A stretch of 63,992 bases of DNA, the filler included, from Reticulomyxa filosa (lineage: Eukaryota; Protista; Foraminifera): the NCBI GenBank assembly GCA_000512085.1. It is 9 parts of 9 records of this genome, joined end to end, with 100 filler letters (N's around TTAATTAATTAA, not from the genome) between each part and the next. Parts side by side here need not be neighbours in the genome. Positions count along the whole stretch, not along the records: positions 11,936 to 43,054 come from ASPP01006412.1; 8 more parts are not named here. One strand, written 5' to 3'. This document shows positions 25,456-38,653 of the stretch, piece by piece; the stretch's first letter is position 1, and each line of letters begins with the position of its first letter. The position numbers and the translations under genes are program-made. Below the pieces are notes generated by a model. It saw nothing but the letters and a program-made list of their open reading frames with translations, was not told the DNA's origin and searched no databases.

Positions 25456-28400
25456 AATAATAATAACAACAATTATGACAATGGCCCTCCTACCGTACGT
25501 CCATCGGATCAACTCAACAGTCGCCATTCAAATGAACACTCGGCGAAAAACCAGAGCCAACACACAAAACGCAAAAGTGGTGAAGACCGCCGACACACTG
25601 AGCATGAAAGGCCAACAAAAAGCGTGGAAAGTGTTCACAGCAGTCATAGTGGAACAAGCAGTGCTTCCTATCCATTTCTCAACGATCTCAGGCCGGGAGA
25701 AACCTCCGATATGGTTTTTGCACCTATAACTGCGGAGGAAAATAAAAGGCACTCTTGGATTGAAACTATGAAGAATAGTTTATTTTTCCAAAAAAAAAAG
25801 CTCATTGTTGCATAAATAGTATACGTTTTTTTTAATGTTTTGGGAACAAAAAAAAAAAAAAGAAATGAAATTCGAGAGTGATGATGAAGAAAAAGGTGAA
25901 GCAGAAGACAGCATAGATTATGGTGACAACGAAGATGAAGAGCAAGACGAGAAACGCGAAAAAAAAAGTCGTATTAACAAAAAGAAGAATGATCATAGTA
26001 ACAGTAATGCCAATGTTTTAACGGGTAATAACAGCAACAACAATAACAGTAATAATAACAATAATAATAATAATAGTATTAATAACAGCAATAATAACAG
26101 TAATAATAATAACATTCCTCCAAAAAAGCAAAGTTTGACAAACAATCCCAAAACTCATCCAAAAAAGGGAAGTGACACTGGGACAACACCGATCACGCAC
26201 AGCCAACAAAATCAAGGCTGGACTGGTGAGGTTGGCTTGAGCAACAATGGAAGCGGGAAGACGGGTGCACACAACGTGATATCACTGGCCGCGCTGTCGA
26301 ACGCGAAAGGCAAAGACTCGAAAGAGGAGCAAGGGGAAAAGGAGAATAGCGAAGGGATGGTGCGCTACGACATTGTGTACTTCACGTCCTCGCCGTTGGT
26401 CACAACAACGGTGAATGGCTGGAGTCCATTGACGCAGGTGAATATCAAAGAAGACTGGCAAAAGCTATTTGACACATTGCGCAGTTACGACGTCAAACTC
26501 TGTGTGAAGCATGTGATTGCTACATTTAGTGCAATGATGACTGCCTTTACCAGTGGTTGTCGTGTCATGCACTACTGCGGACATGGGATGTCGCAATCGT
26601 TGATTTTTGAAAATCCAAAAAACATTGGCACCGATCATTCGGTCAGTTGTGACGTCATTCGACGCGCTTGTCGAGATGCCAAGCACGGACCCGAGCTCGT
26701 CTTTGTATGTTCCAATCATAGTGAGATTGTGGGTATGTTTTTTTGTTTTTTGTTTTTTGTTTTTTTTGGAAGAATGGGCTTGCATTTAAAAAAAAAAAAA
26801 AAAGCCAAATTTAAAAAAAAAACATAACATAAATGAGATAAATGATAATTATATGCATATAAACAAAAGGTAAGACATTTGTCGACGCTGGCATAAAACA
26901 CGTGGTTGCAGTCGAAACCGACTTTGAAACTGCCGACGACGCAGCGACAGAATTTACAAATCACTTTTATCACAGTCTATTGAATGGATATGAAATCATT
27001 GACGCTTTCAAACAAGCGAAGAATGCGGTGGTGGGCTTGGCCGGCTCGAGCAAACAGGACGAAAAGAAGTTTGTGTTGTTGCCATTAGACCCAAGTGGTC
27101 GATTGCATCGTGTCAAAGTGTTTCGACACGATCAACTGGTATCGGGACAACTGGTCGACGACAGTCTGCCTCTCCCTCCCAATAATCTGCCACCTCCTAT
27201 CTCGCACTTTATCAATCGAAATGTGGACATGGCGCGTGTGATTGAACACCTGTTGGACAGCGGAGTGAAAATTGTGGATTTGACCGGAGGAGAAGGCATT
27301 GGAAAATCGGCCGTCGCAGTGATGACGGCGAGATACTTGTGCTATCGAGGAGTGTTCAAAGGTGGAGTATTTTATATTGACGTGGCGAAGCTGATGAAGA
27401 CGCACACCACACTCAAATCAATGTTTGTGCACACGCTCAAGTCGAGTGAGAGATATCGCAATATTTCCGAGGCTGAGTTCTTTGGCAAAGTCCACGACTT
27501 TGATCGAATGTTGTTGGTATTCGACAATTTGGAAAATTTTTCGATTCATTACGATGACAATGAAACGGATCAAAAACTGCACAGCTTGCACGAGGGACAA
27601 GAAGACGCAATGTTGACCGTCGAAGGGGAAGACGATCACATGTATTCGCGCTATCATCACAACAATGGTAATGGGAACAATAACAATGCGAATAATGCGA
27701 GCAATGTCAACAATAATAACAACAACGACTATGACAATGACAGCGATGGAGAAGAGAATGATCCGAATGATGACGGCAATGACAATGAGTATCGCAAAAA
27801 ATTTGGTAATAAAAAACTTCGAAAAAACTCGCACAAAACCAAAGAGGCTATTGACAGTTTCTTAAATGCTCTCTTTGATCTGACCAGAAATGAAATTAAA
27901 GTACTCATTACTTCCGACAAACGCAATGACAAAAATATCCGTGGCATCACTCGAATGTATCAACTGCCGCTATTAACGCCCGAAGACTCAGCCAAACTGT
28001 TCACACGCTTGGCCAATCAGTTCCAATGGAAAAAGGTGCTCGAAAACAACGAGTTGATGGCCTTATTTCAAAATAACCCCGGCAACATCGACAAAATCGC
28101 CCGTCTGAAACATATGTTCGACTGTGATGATCTGGAGAAATTGATCCACACATACAATCACAAGAAAATGCTGGAAATTCGATTTGGTAAGTCTGGCAGC
28201 GTGCATCGTCGACACAAACCCAAACCTCCTTCCAAATCCCCGTCTTTGGCAGATGAACACATCCTCGATCCCGAAGCGCGCAAAGTGTGGATTAAAGCCA
28301 ATGGAGGGAAAACAGCATCTTTCAAAGCCTTGTTCGAACAAATGCGGAAAAAGTTTGAACAAGTCTCGTCTTTACGTCCTTTGAAAGAAAGTGACATTTT

Positions 28401-28982
28401 AGAAGTTTGCAAGAATCAACTCGACAGTCAAAATAATCTCAGCATCGAAAAGTTCGAAAATCTGTATATTTGGTTTGCGGGAATATGCGAGTTGGTCAAA
28501 GCGTTGAAAGATTTGTGGGTTGATACCAATCCAGTTAAAATTCATGGTTTCATTGGTCGAACCGAAGCCGAGCAAAAACTACAAGTTAATTTTTTTTCAA
28601 TCTTTTTTTTTTTGTAAGTGCGTCGAAGAAAGTAAACATCTGTTCTTTTTCTCTTATAACATACACTTGCATCATGTCTGCACCGCATTGAAATGTTTTG
28701 CAAACGACAACGTCGGCAAAACCTGGCACGTTTTTAATAAGATTCAGTACTACCCAAGAACGCTCAATTGCAATTTCGTACAGAGAAGATAATAGTCACA
28801 ATAGCATGCCAGTGCAACATATCAGTGCATATTTGACAGGCGAGAAAACTTTCCTATTTAAAGGGCATGACTACCCTTTCAAGTTATCTCAGTTCATTAC
28901 TCACTATGCCACATTCAAATATTTGTACTGCGAAAATCAAGTCATTCCTAAAGTTGAGGTTTTTTGGGGATCATCAATGTAG
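24525..28982 (+). CDS. NLR-like protein: low-complexity N-terminus + CHAT (caspase-fold) domain + STAND/NB-ARC-like NTPase + STAT-type linker-SH2; multi-exon
   Basis: CHAT: VMHYCGHG, LIFE, ELVFVCSNHSEIVG|KTFVDAGIKHVVAV...AATEFTNHFYHSLLNG...AFKQAK (intron 26733-26869). STAND: NNLP...FINR, Walker A GGEGIGKS, GGVFYID, Walker B LLVFDNLE, KVLITS, LPLLTPEDSAKLF, NNP. SH2: LW...IHGFIGRTEAEQKL...PGTFLIRFS...IAISY. Start is approximate, and no clean AG acceptor is visible for the last intron. Confidence 0.85.
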
Positions 28983-30492
28983 GCGCGGTTGATGATTGTT
29001 TCACCACCTTTTTTGTTTTATGTGTCTTCTTGTTTGTTCTTGTGTAGCTTTTCTACTCTCTCCCTTTCTTTTTGTCAAAAAAAAAAAAAAACATAAAAAT
29101 TAAAAACGAATGTATCAATCAACATCTCGGCGTTTTGTGAACTTTGATTTTTTCAAGAAAAAACGAAAATGCATTTGATTGCTCATTTGTTTAAATCTCA
29201 TAAAACAAATCGGAACTTTGCTTTTGCAGTCATCACCACAAGTGAAATTCTACAACCAAAAAAAACTACTCAGACATTATTCGTTTTTCTTGGATTTGGC
29301 TTTTGCCACTTCTCCAGCAGTCTGATTATTTTTATCCGGTTCACTTTCGTCTACTGATTTTAACATTGCGTGTATCATATAATTTACAACAAAAAATATT
29401 GTGGGATTCATTTCTATATAATTTATTCACATTAGCCGCAAAGAAAACATATTGGATGTAGTGACGTTTTTTGCTGATGAATCTAAAAAGAAACATAAAT
29501 TAGATATTACTCAAAACAAGAGCAGCTATTCATGAAAAGTTTTTGAGTCAATTAGTATCACAATCTGACTCATTTATATGTAGGTATTTCCTACAAAATA
29601 AATCTTAGATTGCATTATTCAAAAAACTTACTAAATTTCTACTCAATTTGCGCTTTTATATATCTTATTTGTATATTTTATTTTATGTATTTATTTTTAT
29701 TGAAATTTTTCGAAGAATAAATTTGTCGTATTAAAATTCGTATTCTTCGCAAGTATTCAACACGATATTTATTTTGTATTCTTTTCCAAATGGTACTGTA
29801 GTGATATAATACGTCAGAATGGAGTCAATGACTCAAATTTTCTTTTTCTTTAAATCTCATTTAAATATTGTATTATTTTCAATAACACTTACTTTTTCAA
29901 TCATATTTCCTACATGCAAAAAAGTTGTAAAAGATGAAATAATACAACATTACATCAAAATTGCCTACCACTATTACTTCAAATGAAAGTAAAATAAAAA
30001 AAATTGATACTTCTTCGATATCTTTCCAAATGTTTACAATTTTTAAATTGTATATTCTTAGTGGAATACTCACTCCATAACACGAGTTAAAGTTTGTTTA
30101 ATATGGTTTTTGCTAAGTTTTAAAAGAGAGCATTTGAAACTATAGCTGTGCAAATATACTTTTTAAATTAGTTTTAGAACAAATCAAAGTATCCAACATC
30201 AGATATAAAACTGAGGCGTTGTCAGCAAAAAAGAAAGAACAAATTTTGGATAAAAGGTTTTTAACTTACATTGCGAGTTCATTGTTTTTTTATTGTTGAT
30301 TATTGAGATTTTGAAAGTTTCGTTGTTTCCAGGTAATATTTGATTTTGCAAAACAATGTGGAAGAATTTTTGAGGATAAGATTACAATGGTTTGCAAAGA
30401 CCGTAAAACAAAAAAGGGGTACTAAATACTTGTTAAGCATGAAATTATATACATGCATCTAGGTTCGAAGAGGCTAAACTTTTCAGCAGGAT

Positions 30493-32126
30493 ATGGCTTC
30501 ATTGTGGAATAGTGCAGAGGTTACATCTGGAAGTGGTAAACAAGGAAAGGAGCAGAACTTCAATCACAATGGCAAGGTACCTGACAAAGATACTTCTAAC
30601 CATTTATCACAAAAACGGCCCGAGCATGTATCTTTTTAAAACCTTTTTTTTTTTTTGCTTCTTTTCATAAAATTATACGTCATTGTCATAGATTTTTTTT
30701 TGTCTGACCGCCCTCCTCAAAAAAAAATTTTTTAAGTATTGATGGCTTCACTTTGCAAACGTTGCACATTGTAACCTTTAAAAATATCGATAAAAAATGA
30801 CACAGGAAAGTCGAAGTCAGCAAAATTTGACAATAGAAGAACCAAACTCGAAACCGACGAAAATAACGGCGCGGTCGCTATTCGATCTGACACAGTTTCG
30901 CGATGTTGACGCAGGAATTCGTTTGACTAACAGTTGGGCGATTATCACAGAGCCAAGTGTAGATGAAGTATTTGTGAGAGGAAAAGATTACATGGAAACC
31001 TCACAAAAAATTAATGTCAGTTTTTTTTTTTTTGGTCACCTCCTCCCCTCCCCTTTTTTTTTCCCCCTCTCCCCCCCCACTCTCTTGCTCCTGTCCAAAT
31101 GTTTGAGTAAAAAAAAAGAAAAAAAAATAGTCAGAAAGTATATTGTTTCCATTGGTGGCAGCAGAGTGTCTGCGCACCCCTGTACGCATTGACCATTTGG
31201 CGCAAAGCAAATATCACACTTGGTTTCATGACCACATTGACCCCGATGACAAGAACATATTTGTGTTGATAATTCAATTGCAAGTGCAATCGGTGAATGC
31301 CACTTTTGTACATTACCATGTTTGGGAAGGGGGATTGCCCATCAAAACAGATAGTACACAGTTCAATCAACTGTTCTCGGAAATATTGGACGGCGGTGAC
31401 GATTTTCGAAACGCGCGACTTAAGTTGATACCACGTATCGTCAATGGACCATTTGCTGTGCAAGCGATGGTAAAAAATAGTCCCGTTTTGTTGGGAACAA
31501 AAGTCAAGCATCGTTATTTCCGAGGAAAAAATTATTTTGAAATCGACAGCGAAGTGGACGAATCATATATTTCTGCTGGTTATTTACATTACATATATAC
31601 ATATATGTATGTATGTTAATTTATACACTGTTCGGAAAATAATTTTTTTTTTTGAAATGATGTTGTTACAATAGGGGTGTTGAAACTCTGCCATCGCTTC
31701 AGTCGCAGCATTGTGGTCGATATGTGCTGGGTGATTGAGGGACAAAAGGAAGAAGAATTACCAGAACGGGTAATGTGCGGTATCACCATACACAACCTCG
31801 ACTTTAGTAAGATCACGGATATCCCTTCTTTAAATCAAAATAAACTGTCTTGGAAGCAAAAAAAAGAAGATCATGAAAGCAAACAAAACAGTAGTGATAT
31901 CTCCACGGCTCAAAATTTGCGTAGCAACAGTCCACATGATGTGGAGGAAAACAGCAACAGTCCACATGATGTGGAGGAAAACAGCACCACTGCTGAGACC
32001 TACGAGTTAATGAAAAGCCACACCTTAACTGATTCACGCTCGCAATCCACCCATCCTTTTCAAAGAATGTATTCAGCCAATCAAACTGAAGAGACAGAGG
32101 AAAAGGCAGAACGAGAGGGAGATTGA
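30493..32126 (+). CDS. EDR2 C-terminal (DUF1336) domain protein, multi-exon
   Basis: FVRGKDYM, GDDFRNARLKLIPRIVNGPF.V, PVLLG, YFRGKNYFEID, VVDMCWVIEGQKEEELPERVM. Start tentative. Confidence 0.85.
31923..31985 (+). repeat. 30-bp coding tandem duplication (SNSPHDVEEN x2)
   Basis: agcaacagtccacatgatgtggaggaaaac occurs twice in tandem. Confidence 0.9.
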
Positions 32127-32778
32127 CCTGATAATACTAATTTGCTGAGGTGCCATTCGCTCATCTCTTTTTTTTTTTCTTTTCCCCTTTTTCCCTTTCC
32201 TTTCCTTTCAATTTTACTTTGGTGTATAATAAGAGGTGCATGTGAATCATTTACCCTTCATTTCATTTAAAATGAAAAGGGACCTGTTGGAATCGATGTG
32301 TGAAGCGCCATTCGTTTGCTTTTTTTTTCCCTCGTTTGGAGAATACTGAATATGTCCTTAATCTTTTGAATCTGTAGCAATGCAGTGATGGTTTATGCAA
32401 ATGATGTTTATAAAAAAAATAATGCATATTTTGATTAACAATTTGATTCTAACTTTCCATTCGTTTAAATTTAAAACTTTCGCATTATAATTTCGCAAGA
32501 TGAACATACTTTTTTGTGTTTGAAGCGCATGAATTACCACGAAGCTTTCAATAATTTTTTTCAAAGAGTCTCTTGAAGGAAAACTCTAAAAGAACAATAC
32601 ATATTGTGTAAACTGCGATATTCAGTCAACTTAGCAAATTCCTTGTCTTTTGGAATGACTTGATATGTATCACAAGATGTAAGCAGTACCGTTAAATCAT
32701 ATCAGGTGAAGTGTTCGGTTTTTACGTCCCCCTTGTTAAAAAAAACATTAGCATATCAAATCATAAATCGAGAAAGAC

Positions 32779-35291
32779 ATGTCAGTTGGTATAGATTTGG
32801 GAACTCAATTCTCAAAGGTAGCTGTTGGGTGCCATAAAAAAATATCGATGGTTTCAAATGAGCAATCAAAATTCGAGACAGCGACAATGGTGGGCTACAC
32901 AGACAAGCAGCGTGACATAGGAGAGGCAGCAGAGACAGTGCTCAGCCGCAACTATAAGAATACAGTTTGCCAAGTGAAGCGATATTTGGGAAGACAAGCA
33001 GATGACCCACTACTAGCAGAGGAGTTGGCCAAATGGAACTATTGCAAAGTGAGCCACAGCAATGAAGGAGCCATATCATTTTGTGTGGCAACCTCTAAAG
33101 GAAAGAGAGAGGTGTTACCAGAGCAAGTGTTGTGTACATACCTGAGACAATTGAAAGAGGTATTTGTTTGTTTTTGTTATGATAAGAAGAGAACTTTTTT
33201 TTTTTTTTCCCTACGAAAAACCGCAAAGATAGATTATTTGCGAATGCAATTTAAAAATACATATATATGCATATATATATGTGTATATATATTTACAAAA
33301 CAAAAGTTTATGCTCTTTTTCTTTAATCGAAACTTTTTTTTTTCCTTCCCTTTTTTTTTTTTTTTTTTTTTTTGGTAATTAAAACAATGATAAACCAGTT
33401 TGCAGCGAAGCAAGCAGAAGGAGCAGCAATAAAAGACTGCGTAATAACATGTCCGGTGTATTACACAGACGCACAGCGAAGGTCGTTGATGGCAGCAGCG
33501 ACAATAGCGGAGCTGAACGTGCTACGCATACTGAACGAGCCAACGGCCACGGCACTGTCGTACGGGATGAACCGGCAATTGAAAGAACCTCGACGAGTGA
33601 TGTTTGTGGACATTGGATACAGCAATACGCAAGTGAGTATTGTGGATTTTGGGAGCAACTCGCTGGTGATGTACGCAAGCAGCAGCGACGCGTATTTGGG
33701 TGCGAGGGATTTCGACTACGCATTATTCGAGCATTTCCGCAAGCAGTTGGAAGGCATGCATCCGTCGATCGAACTGAAGAACGAGCCACGAGCGAGACTG
33801 CGACTAATGATTGGAGTGGAACGGCTGAAGAAAATGTTAAGCGGCAACAAAGATGCCGTGGTGGTGTTGGAGTGTTTGGTGGACGATAAAGACTTTACGT
33901 TGCGAATGACTCGAGAGGAATTTGACGATTTGTGTGTGTCGCTGATCGTTCAATTGTCTCAATGTGTGACTCGAGCAGTGACCGATATGAGACAACGAGA
34001 CACTGGCGGCTCTTTCTACTCCTCTCTCCCCCATTTGCAATTCGCGTCACCGTACACGTCTCACCCCTCACCGCTGACTATTCACAGCGTCGAAATCACC
34101 GGTGGAGGCAGTCGCATCCGCTGTGTCCAAGACGGACTGCTCACCATCTTGCAAGAATGCATCCCCGAAGCCTCCATCGACAAACTCTGCACCACTTTGA
34201 ATGGAGATGAATGCGTGGCTCGTGGGGCCTCCTTGATGTGTGCCATGTTGTCCCCGTCCTTCCAAGTCAGAGACTTTCAAGTCTACGAACATGTTGTCTG
34301 GCCCATTGCCATTGCCTATCCTTCTTTACTCGCTTTGTCGTCGACCTCTCCATCCTCCTTCCATGTCGTCTTCCCTCGATACACTCTGTTTCCGTGCGTC
34401 GCCAAAATCGCTTTTTATAAACAACAAACCTTTGAAGTCTCTTTCCAATACTCGTCGCATTATGACAATGTCTGTCAAAAGGATAATCAAGAAGCCGATG
34501 AAAAGATAGATTGTAATAACAATGACAATAACAATGACAATAACAATGGTAATAATCATCATTATGATAACAATAACAACAACAATATTAATAATAATAA
34601 CCCAGTCCAACTACCAATGAAATGTCTTTCTCAAATTGCAAAATGCAAAATTGAAGTACCTACGCTGTCACCCAACGCAGTTGAAGAGCCTCAAGTCAAA
34701 CTCATTGTATCTGTCAATAGACACGGCTTGTTGGAATTGCCACAAGCACAATTGATCGAATTCGTTGAGACACCGCAAACTGTCGCTTCTGGTGGTGCAA
34801 CTGCATCCTCAAGTTTTTTTTTTTTTTTTTTTTTTGTCTTCGATCTGATTATATTGCGTGTGTTGTGACTCGAGAGCAGACAACAAGTCGGGAGACATGA
34901 ATGGCACGGATACATCACCGGAAGAAAAGAACGCAAACGGGCCGACACAAGGAACGGAGAATGAAGAGAAGCAGACGGAGGCAGGTGTGGACACGTCAAG
35001 CAAACCAAAGAGCAAAGAAAAAATCGTGCGCAGTTTATCGGTGAGCGGAAGCTTTGATGCAGAGATTCCCAAGGACAAACTAAGAGAGTGGAAGGAATTG
35101 GAAAATGAATTAGCAACAATCGACAATCTCATCAAAGAAACAAATGAAAAGAGAAATGAGTTGGAAACCTATATTTACGACATGCGAAACAAATTGGAAG
35201 GCACACACAAGGATTTCATGAGCGAAGAAGACAAAGAAAAATACCTCGCGCAACTTGATCAAGTTGGCCAGTGGTTGGATGAAAGTTACAT

Positions 35292-35329
<38 letters not shown>

Positions 35330-36011
35330 TTATATTGTTATGCATATCTTGGTTTTAATTTCCACGAAATGATGACTCGTAATAATTGCAAAACACAGCC
35401 GAGTATGCCAATAAGGACGAATGCATCAAGAAACTGCAGGAATTAAAAGTGGTGGGACAGTCAATGTTAAGTCGGCATTGGGAAGCAGAACATCGACCAC
35501 AGAGAGTCCAAAAATTGCAGCAGTTGATCATGGAATATCAACAAATTGCTGACAATGAGAATGATTATTCCCATCTCACTTCACAAGAACGTAGCATGCT
35601 TCGTCAAGCGATTGACGAGGCAGATGCGTGGCTATTACATCAAATCACACTCCAACAACAATGCGAATTGTATCAATCTCCTGTTGTATTGTGCTCCGAC
35701 TTTGACGCTAAATACGTTTCGCTTCTTTTTATTGATCTATATACATACGTCTGTGTTCTTGCTTCATTTCCTTGTTGCTTAAAAAAAAAAATTAAAAAAT
35801 TTTATGGTAGTACGAATTAATGACTAAATGCCAGCCGATTGTGACAAAACCAAAGCCACAAATTGATAATCCCAATGATATAATTCAAAGTAATGATGGC
35901 AATGAGAACCAAATCAATCCAAATCAAGAACAGGTTGCGGTCATTGAGAATAATGAAATTATCGACCAACCCCTTCCGCAACATGCCTCGTCAGATGATA
36001 CCACGAAATGA
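32779..36011 (+). CDS. HSP110: Hsp110/SSE-subfamily Hsp70 chaperone (nucleotide exchange factor), multi-exon
   Basis: VGIDLG, DCVITCPVYYTDAQRR, NEPTATALSYG, LGARDFD, VEITGGGSRI, TTLNGDECVARGASLMCAMLSPSFQVRDF, acidic loop, EKRNELETYIYDMR. Confidence 0.93.
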
Positions 36012-36732
36012 CTCACATACTCTTTCTTTTAGTTTTTATTTCTCTTCACTTGCTTCTCTCTATTTCTAACAAATAATACATTTTCAGCCTTTGATCTCAT
36101 GAAATTACAAAAGACATTTTCCATTACAAATAAAAAATCTTACACCTGCCCTAAAGGTTTTTTGTTGTACTCTTCCTTTTCTTTTCGTCATGTTTGGGCG
36201 TATTGTGCTTTGCCTTACTTTTTTCTTGCTTTTTCTATTCCTTATCTTTGATTTTGTTCTTCGATTATATGCTTTATTGTGAAAAACGCTTCGAGTAGTT
36301 TTTTGTCGCTGGTAGGCCTTTCCTCTGCTATCAAATTTAAGATAAAAAGCAACAGAGAAAAAAACGACTTCTGATAAAAATTAAGAAAGCATTTTGCAAT
36401 CCCAATGAAATCATTTGATTGTGAACTTTTTTTGTTGAGGTTAAAAGATACTCACCACCTTTGAAAGGGGTAAACATGAAAAAAGTTATTTATATGTTGA
36501 ATTGATGAGTTTTCCCACGTCTCACTGGTCGGAACATTAAACAAGCAATAATAATATTAGTATAATAATAAGTAACAACAATAAAACAAAAAACACAAGC
36601 AAATTCCTTTGTTTTGAAAAATGAGTGAAAAAGAGGGGTATTGTGACGAGCCATTTTTTTGTGGTCAAGAAAAGAAGAGTGTTGCTTTGCACTATTTTTG
36701 AAAGCGTATGAAAATGCTGTATATTGATAGTC

Positions 36733-38622
36733 ATGGAAAAGACGGAAACGACTCAAAAGACGAGTTTTGGATTGCAAGCGCCGAACAAGCGCCGGGGAGC
36801 GAATGTAAAGAAAAAAGGGATGACAATCAAGCCATTTAAAGGTAGGCAGAAAATAAGAGGAGCAGAGAGTTGTGGTGTGTAAGAATGATTAACAAAGATT
36901 ACCAAAAAAAAAAATGTTTTGTGAGAACAGAACAGCCAAAGCTCGACGCAAACTTTGAAAAAGACACAGTAACGAAGTTGATCGAAGCAGTGGAAGCAGT
37001 TTTTGAAAAGAAAGCTGCGAATTGTAGTTTTGAAGAATTATACAAAGTTAGAAAAAAAAATAAATAAATATATGTATTATATATATGTATATATATAATA
37101 CATATATTTATTTACTTTTGGTTGTTTGAACAAAAAAAAAACAAAACAAAACAAAACAAGGCCTGTCAATCCTTATGCACATTGAAAAAAGGCAAGCAAG
37201 TGTATGACGGGTTGTATGAAGTATGTGACAAGCACATAAAAAAAAGCATTGAGAAATACATCGACACGAGCATAAGCCACTCGCAGTCGTACTTGGAGCC
37301 CTTTAAGAATATCTGGATGCGCCATTGCGAAGAGATGAACGCGATCCGACAAATCTTTCTGTTGTTGGATAAGACGTATGTGAAGACATCGACGGACATG
37401 AAGTCGTTGTGGAACATGGGTATCCATTTGTTGAAGAAGCACATCTTAGCCAAAGAAAATGCATGTTCGAATCTGGTTGTTCACTTGTTGCAGTTGATCG
37501 AAAACGAAAGGAACGGCGAGCAAATCGACCAAGACTTGTTGAAGCCCATCATTCAAATGGTTTCGTACTTGGACCTTTATCAATCCACTTTCGAGCCTCG
37601 TTGTGTTATTTCTTTACTACTCGCATTTTTTTTTTTTTTTTTTGTCAGTAGATTTTTTTCTTCTTACTACTTTACACATTGAATTCAATTGAATTGAATG
37701 GATAGAATTAATCAAGGCTTCCACCAAATACTATGAAAACGAAGGGAACAATTTCGTTGCAACAATGAGCATTCCCGATTACTTGTTGCATGTCCGAAAA
37801 AGGCTAAAAGAAGAGGTGATTTTTTTTTTTTTTTCCCAATGTGTATATTATATTTATATAATATGATAGGTACATTATTATTTACATATATACATATACA
37901 TATATACATATATATACATATATATATTATATGTGTATTAAACATAGGAAAAACGAGTGAAAAACTATTTGGAAGCACAAACGCAACGTCCGATAACACT
38001 GCTGATAGAACACGAAATGATAAAGAAACATGTGGAAGACTTATTGACGAAAGGCTTCGATTCGATGATGGACGAGTCCAAGTTTGCCAACTTGCGGCAT
38101 TTGTACGAACTGCTGTTCAGCGTGCAGGAAGTCGACGCCTTGCAACAACACTTCAGTGAGTATGGCAAGAAGCGCGGAGTGGACATAATCTCGGACCCTT
38201 CTCTCGACGCGCAGAATGAAATGGTCGCGTCGCTGCTGAAGTTTAAAGCCAAATTGGACCGCGTCGTCAACGAGTCCTTCCACAACCATCGCACCTTTCA
38301 TCACACGATCCGCAACTCATGGGAGTACTTTTTGAACATCAAACCCGATAAACCTGCCGAACTCATTGCCAAAGTTTCTTTTGAAATTTTTTTTGACAAA
38401 GCAATTATTCCAATATGCATATGTGTGTATCTACGTATCTTAACACACAGTTCATAGATCATCAGCTGCGCACAGGAGCTCGCGGGACCAGCGAACAAGA
38501 GCTTGAAGAGTCCTTGGATCGAGTAATGGATATTTTTCGCTTTATTCATGCCAAAGATGTGTTCCAAGCGTTTTACAAAAAGGACTTGGCTAAAGTTTTG
38601 TTTGAAGAGTATACCGTATATA

Positions 38623-38653
<31 letters not shown>

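Noticed and set aside
31923-31985. CRISPR-like repeat
   Set aside because: Two adjacent in-frame copies with no spacers and no cas genes.
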